Origin: Paramicrosporidium saccamoebae KSL3
Taxonomy: Eukaryota; Fungi; Cryptomycota
Direction of reading: 5' to 3'
Assembly (NCBI GenBank): GCA_002794465.1
Contig: MTSL01000053.1
Coordinates: 1-11,314 of the forward strand
Length of the DNA stretch: 11,314 bases
In this document: piece after piece, positions 7,402 through 11,314 of the stretch
How positions within the stretch are numbered: position 1 is the first letter of the stretch
Layout of the letters: each line of letters begins with the position of its first letter
The notes under the pieces: generated by a model
Seen by the model: only the letters and a program-made list of their open reading frames with translations
Told to the model about the DNA's origin: nothing
The model's database searches: none
Translations under genes and position numbers: made by a program

Positions 7402-8464
7402 ATGCTATTTAGACGGTTTGCATCCACCAAAGTCCACCGAGTACGACCGTTGCGTATTTCTAATCCACGAGGTTTCACTAATACCGGGCGACGGAATTGG
7501 TCCCGAGATATCCCGCGCAGTCCAGAGGATATTCGAATGCGCCAAAGTGCCCATCGAGTGGGAGGAGGTGAATGTGACACCCGTCAAGCTTGTTGACGGC
7601 CGCATCGGAATTTCCCCCGACGCCATTGAGGTGATTCGTCGCAATAAAATTGGTTTGAAGGGACCCCTCGAGACGCCGGTTGGCAAAGGACACGTCTCTC
7701 TAAATCTCACTCTCCGAAAGGCCCTCCACCTTTATGCCAATGTGCGTCCCTGCCAAAGTGTGCAGGGCTTCAAGACAGCCTATGACAATGTGGATCTGAT
7801 GGTGATCCGAGAAAACACTGAGGGCGAATACAGCGGCATTGAACATGAAGTAATGGACGGCGTCATGCAAAGCATTAAGCTGATCACAAAGACGGCATCG
7901 GAACGAATTGCCGACTTTGCTTTTCGGTATGCAGTCAAAGTGGGCCGGCCCAACGTGACAGTGGTGCATAAGGCAACAATTATGAAGGCGTCCGATGGAT
8001 TGTTCCTAAATACGGTCAAGGCGGCGGCGATGCGCTATCCAGAGGTCAAACTAACAGACATTTCCCTGGACAGAGCCTGTTTGCAGATGGTGCAGGATCC
8101 CAGCTTGTTTGCCAAGACTGTCATGGTCATGCCCAATTTGTATGGAGACATTGTCAGCGATCTGTGTGCCGGCTTTATTGGAGGCCTCGGATTGACGCCG
8201 AGTGGGAACATTGGCGAGGAGGGGGCAGTCTTTGAGAGCGTCCATGGTACTGCTCCAGACATTGCCGGGAAGGATATGGCAAATCCTACAGCGCTCCTCT
8301 TAAGCGCCTGTATGATGCTGCGTCACATGGGACTGGATTCCTATGCCGACGCAATTAGGAAGGCCGTACTCAAGACTATTGCCGATGGCACTGCCAGGAC
8401 ACGTGATTTGGGTGGAAATGCCTCTACAACTCTCTTTACACGGGCCGTCTGTGATAACCTTTAA
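7402..8464 (+). CDS. IDH2: Mitochondrial NAD-dependent isocitrate dehydrogenase, catalytic subunit (fungal Idh2 / animal IDH3A type); exons 7402-7440 and 7472-8464, 343 aa
   Basis: Motifs [44 protein letters not shown] and [25 protein letters not shown] closely match the catalytic subunit. The ATG at 7402 gives the presequence-like [13 protein letters not shown], which joins the conserved domain in frame only after splicing. Confidence 0.95.
7441..7471 (+). other. IDH intron (31 nt) with a GAG 3' splice site
   Basis: Sequence GTACGACCGTTGCGTATTTCTAATCCACGAG has a GTAC donor like the UBC9 introns and a CTAAT branch point. The only AG downstream of the donor is the terminal GAG. An alternative donor at 7432 would also be in frame with the same acceptor. 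Confidence 0.85.
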
Positions 8465-8528
8465 ATCAACCACAATATCATCATGACGTCATGTTATTTA
8501 CTGACTCTACAGCTAGTTCCATAAATGT

Positions 8529-9119
8529 CTACTGTGGCTTGTGACGAAGAGCAAATGCCCTGACTTGCTCCTCATACTTTTTCCTGTTTTCCCTGCAACC
8601 GGTTAATATACAACACTCCTGTACCTAAACATGCAGTACATTTCGTGGTTGGCGGGACTCTTCAGGTTGGTTTCGTCAAGGAGCTGTTGAATGCCAACGA
8701 GCAGCTGTCTCAACGTAATGGCCGGTTTCCAGCCATCACCCAGTAGCGACAGACAAACGTATCCCGAGGGGAAAATGTTGGGGTGGGGGATGGGTGGGGT
8801 GAATTGGCCTACAAATTAATGGAGAATCATAATGTGTACATTTGGGCGCCGTGCTAGGATAAGTGTCACTGAACATGACCCTCAGCTTATAGACGCCCCC
8901 TTCCCAAATGCTCTACAAGGTGAGACACGTCCAATAGGTACATTCGCCTTTCCCGGAATACCACATTCCCAGATAAGCATATTCATAGACCCGTCTGCGT
9001 TTGTCATTGGTTTTGCGTAAAAACCCTACCATGAATACCACCACCAGACAGCGTACAAAGGGATGGTCCTTCCTCCATTGTTTTCGCTCCTCTGTTAGTC
9101 TTGTTACCGCAATACTCAT
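8529..9119 (-). CDS. UBC9: SUMO-conjugating enzyme Ubc9 (155 aa); exons 9119-9057, 9025-8942, 8912-8840, 8808-8625, 8592-8529
   Basis: Spliced translation: [169 protein letters not shown] and WECGIPGK are Ubc9-specific, and HPN plus the catalytic Cys are present. Confidence 0.96.
8593..8624 (-). other. UBC9 intron 4 (32 nt)
   Basis: GTACAGGAGTGTTGTATATTAACCGGTTGCAG; removal restores [14 protein letters not shown]. Confidence 0.9.
8809..8839 (-). other. UBC9 intron 3 (31 nt)
   Basis: GTACACATTATGATTCTCCATTAATTTGTAG; removal restores APKC-QFTPP. Confidence 0.92.
8913..8941 (-). other. UBC9 intron 2 (29 nt)
   Basis: GTACCTATTGGACGTGTCTCACCTTGTAG; removal restores IPGKAN-SIWEGG. Confidence 0.92.
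9026..9056 (-). other. UBC9 intron 1 (31 nt)
   Basis: GTACGCTGTCTGGTGGTGGTATTCATGGTAG; removal restores DHPF-GFYAKP. Confidence 0.93.
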
Positions 9120-9148
9120 GCACCCCGGGTTTTCCGGTCCGTTTATTA

Positions 9149-9331
9149 TTAATCAATGATACGTGTCCACTCTACGCCCAAAGAACGGTAGTAAGCGTCG
9201 CGGTGCGCCTTTCGGGGAAGTTCGTAGAAGCGCGACCAGCATTCGGCCCCGATGATGCCCAAGCCAAAGGCGATAGTCATGTGCTTGTAGAACCAGCGGC
9301 GAGCAGAGCCTTCAATTACAGGTGCGACCAT
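9149..9331 (-). CDS. COX9: Cytochrome c oxidase subunit Cox9 (fungal subunit VIIa / animal COX6C homologue), 60 aa
   Basis: MVAPVIEGSARR..IAFGLGIIGAECW..Y..PR...RDAYY follows the fungal Cox9 pattern (AP.I.G..RR; one TM helix with GLG; W; R..FY/YY). The size fits, and the stop is followed directly by AATAAA. Confidence 0.8.
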   Translation of the reverse strand: MVAPVIEGSARRWFYKHMTIAFGLGIIGAECWSRFYELPRKAHRDAYYRSLGVEWTRIID

Positions 9332-9532
9332 TTCGATGATTCAAGCGAGAACTCTGCGGGTAATAGCGTAAAGAGGCGGAGTTGCGTCTCACGACAGCTT
9401 TGATAAAACGCTGCAGTTATACTTGAATTAATTTTAAACTGCAAATTTGCATGCTTGGTTCAACCATAGGGATTTTACTGTGGGGCAGTATATCTACAGA
9501 TCAGTACAGAGTGGGTTGGTAAACGAACAAAT

Positions 9533-9746
9533 AGCATAGCTATCTAGATGCGGGATAGTTGTATAGATTATAGAGTAGCATAGTTATCTGAATTACGGGA
9601 TAGCATAGTTATCTGAATTATGGGAGAGCATGGCTATCTGAATTATGGGACAGCATAGTTATCTAAATTATGAGATAGCATAGTTATCTGGGTTATGGGA
9701 GAGCATAGTTATCTGGATTGTCTGATAGCTATCAGAATTATGGTAC
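9533..9746. repeat. 25-nt minisatellite (6 well-conserved units plus degenerate flanking units), consensus AGCATAGTTATCTGAATTATGGGA(T/G)
   Basis: Units start at 9577, 9602, 9627, 9652, 9677 and 9702 with an exact 25-nt period. Degenerate copies lie at 9533, 9557 and 9727. The units abut, with no unique spacers. Confidence 0.95.
9721..9736. repeat. Perfect 16-bp palindrome TCTGATAGCTATCAGA at the right end of the minisatellite
   Basis: The sequence equals its own reverse complement; checked base by base. Confidence 0.95.
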
Positions 9747-9838
9747 ATGAATTGAAACCGTCAATCATATGCAGACACTTGAACAAAGTCTCCACTCTCA
9801 ACCCCGCAGACTCGCTCATAAACAACGATATTTTTATT

Positions 9839-11280
9839 CTACTGGGACTCGACTTTGGTAGCCGCGGCTTCACGCTTCGACTTGAGATTATTCTTTTCGT
9901 CCAAACGCTTTTGGCGAGAATGCTGCATCTTCTGGTATAGCTTCTGACGCTTCTTACTGAGCATGGACACGGCCAATTCTTTCTGTACTTTTTGCATCTT
10001 TTTCTTCTTTGCAGGCTTGGTGACAATCGGTGCATCAGCAGTGACTGCTTCGGCTGTTTCATCCTCAGATTCGTCAGTGAGATCATCTTCTTCAGTAGAG
10101 GTGAAGGGAGACAGATGAGGGGGGAGGGTGGCACCAAGGCGGTAGTCAGTCATGTCCACCAAAGATGCAGTATTGAGAGAGTCGAATACCCATTGTGGTT
10201 GGAGATATTCGCGTTCAACAAACATTTTGCTCAGAAAGGGACGATCGACGATTTGATGAGTGAGAGAAGGATCGTCTTCTTGGATGGGGCAGGTTCCATC
10301 TTCCTGAGAAAAAGACGCAGTCGCGCCCAGACACTGCAGTACAAAGCACAAGGCCTTGCGAGGCACTTCACGAGACACGAAAATCTTCTTTCCGGACAAA
10401 AGCCGATGGTCACCGTCGGGGAAGATTTCATCAGGGAGAGAGATTTCTGGGAAGGATGACGAAAAGACTACCTCTTGGCCCTCTTCGATAAACTGACTAG
10501 GATACTCCCAGCCGAGACGTGTAAAAAGACGATAGTTGACAAAACGCATCAGTGTCATGTAAAATTCCAAAAATGTAAGCATCACCTTAAAGTCGACATC
10601 AACAGGAACTGGGGTGGTAAACTCGTGAGGAACAACCCAAGTGACTTGCTGTCCCAAGATTTCTGCCTGATAGTAAATTCCCTTGATAGAAATGAACGCC
10701 TTCTTGAGCGAGTCAGTGGCAACAACATAGGATTCGAATTCACGCAGCAACTTTGCGCATTTAAGCGACGTGTCTGCTTGGTGCGAGTCCACATTTGTGC
10801 GGGGCAGAGTGGCAAACAGGGCCAACATGGAAAGTGGGTCATCCAAATCCCTCAGAGCATCCACAAACGACGGATACCGTTCTCTCACCAAGTGATCCAA
10901 CTTGATCACCGGCTTCGTGTTCTTCTCCAACGACTTAATCTTGGCCCACTCGCCCTTTCCCATATATTTGCGGATGCGTCGGTGGAACGATTTTAGCTCA
11001 CGGAACTTTTGCAGGAGCGGCTCGTGGGAAAGAAACTGGATATCCTTGAGGAGATACACAGTTTTCTTGTTGGTTGCGGTGCTGCCGATTTTGTTCTTGT
11101 GCTTGGGGTCGCGGGGATAGATACCCTTCAAGATGCACAGACGACGAAAGTCGCTGAGAGAAAGCTGCAGCTTCTTAATGGCACGGGCTCGTGTAACATA
11201 TTCGACTGCCACACCTTCTTGTCCCTATGAGATGATGAGATACAGTTGGAGGCATATACCTTTTTCTTCAACTTGGTCAT
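9839..11280 (-). CDS. NOP7: Pescadillo/Nop7, 60S biogenesis factor of the PeBoW/Nop7 complex (468 aa); exons 11280-11260 and 11224-9839
   Basis: YVTRARAIKKLQLSLSDFRRLCILKGIYPRDP, YPSFVDALRDLDDPLSML, FISIKGIYYQAEI, the BRCT region QPQWVFDSLN and LPPHLSPF are pescadillo motifs. Splicing the 35-nt intron yields the typical basic N-terminus MTKLKKK-GQEG, in frame with the track ORF. TAG is followed directly by AATAAA (9838-9833). Confidence 0.96.
11225..11259 (-). other. NOP7 intron (35 nt, phase 0)
   Basis: GTATATGCCTCCAACTGTATCTCATCATCTCATAG. Confidence 0.9.
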
Positions 11281-11314
11281 TCTCTCCTACCCCGGTCATG
11301 CCGAACTGTCGATA

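Noticed and set aside
7418-7471. TTG start for IDH suggested by the ORF track ([12 protein letters not shown]...)
   Set aside because: This reads through the intron. The ATG at 7402 plus splicing gives a presequence-like N-terminus.
8482-8493. Palindrome CATGACGTCATG containing a perfect ATF/CREB site
   Set aside because: It lies in the 64-nt convergent 3' spacer, not in a promoter position, and one 12-bp palindrome in 11 kb is weak evidence without expression data.
8780-8799. G-quadruplex motif GGGGTGGGGGATGGGTGGGG
   Set aside because: It is the antisense of the Pro-rich codons TPPIPHPN in UBC9, so coding constraint explains it.
9412-9451. Imperfect inverted repeat TGCAGTT..AACTGCA and palindrome TGCAAATTTGCA as MITE ends or an ncRNA hairpin
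   Set aside because: The arms are short, the AT-rich interior does not pair in register and there is no target-site duplication. It is more likely AT-rich COX9 promoter sequence.
9533-9746. CRISPR-like array
   Set aside because: The units abut with no unique spacers, there are no cas genes and the context is eukaryotic. The same applies to 4234-4540.
9101-11230. Plus-strand ORFs 9101-9403, 9695-9940, 9992-10459, 10475-10996 and 11009-11230
   Set aside because: They are antisense to COX9 or NOP7, or cross the minisatellite, and none resembles a known protein.
1-11314. rRNA, tRNA or transposon sequence
   Set aside because: I found no recognisable cloverleaf, rRNA segment, transposase/RT motif or terminal repeat. 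Nearly all the sequence is accounted for by the eight genes and the two intergenic arrays.

Overview
This is an 11.3 kb stretch of a very compact eukaryotic, fungus-like genome, not a prokaryote. It holds eight genes: SEC31 (minus, runs off the left edge), an intronless orphan with two DDxxD motifs (class I isoprenoid/terpene synthase fold), a CAMK-like Ser/Thr kinase, a LIV-1-type ZIP metal transporter, the catalytic subunit of mitochondrial NAD-isocitrate dehydrogenase, UBC9, COX9 and NOP7/pescadillo. Hand splicing gives eight spliceosomal introns of only 29-35 nt, and these explain why the ORF track fragments or mis-starts several genes. Same-strand genes lie as little as 29-32 nt apart, and the two largest spacers each hold a degenerate minisatellite. 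Tiny introns, tight packing and intact respiratory/TCA genes fit an early-diverging Rozellomycota/microsporidia-like lineage, but this is inference only. The strongest candidate for novelty is the isoprenoid-synthase-fold orphan at 2926-4284, whose stop codon and candidate poly(A) signal both lie inside a tandem repeat. All calls come from manual translation and motif recall; no database search was run.
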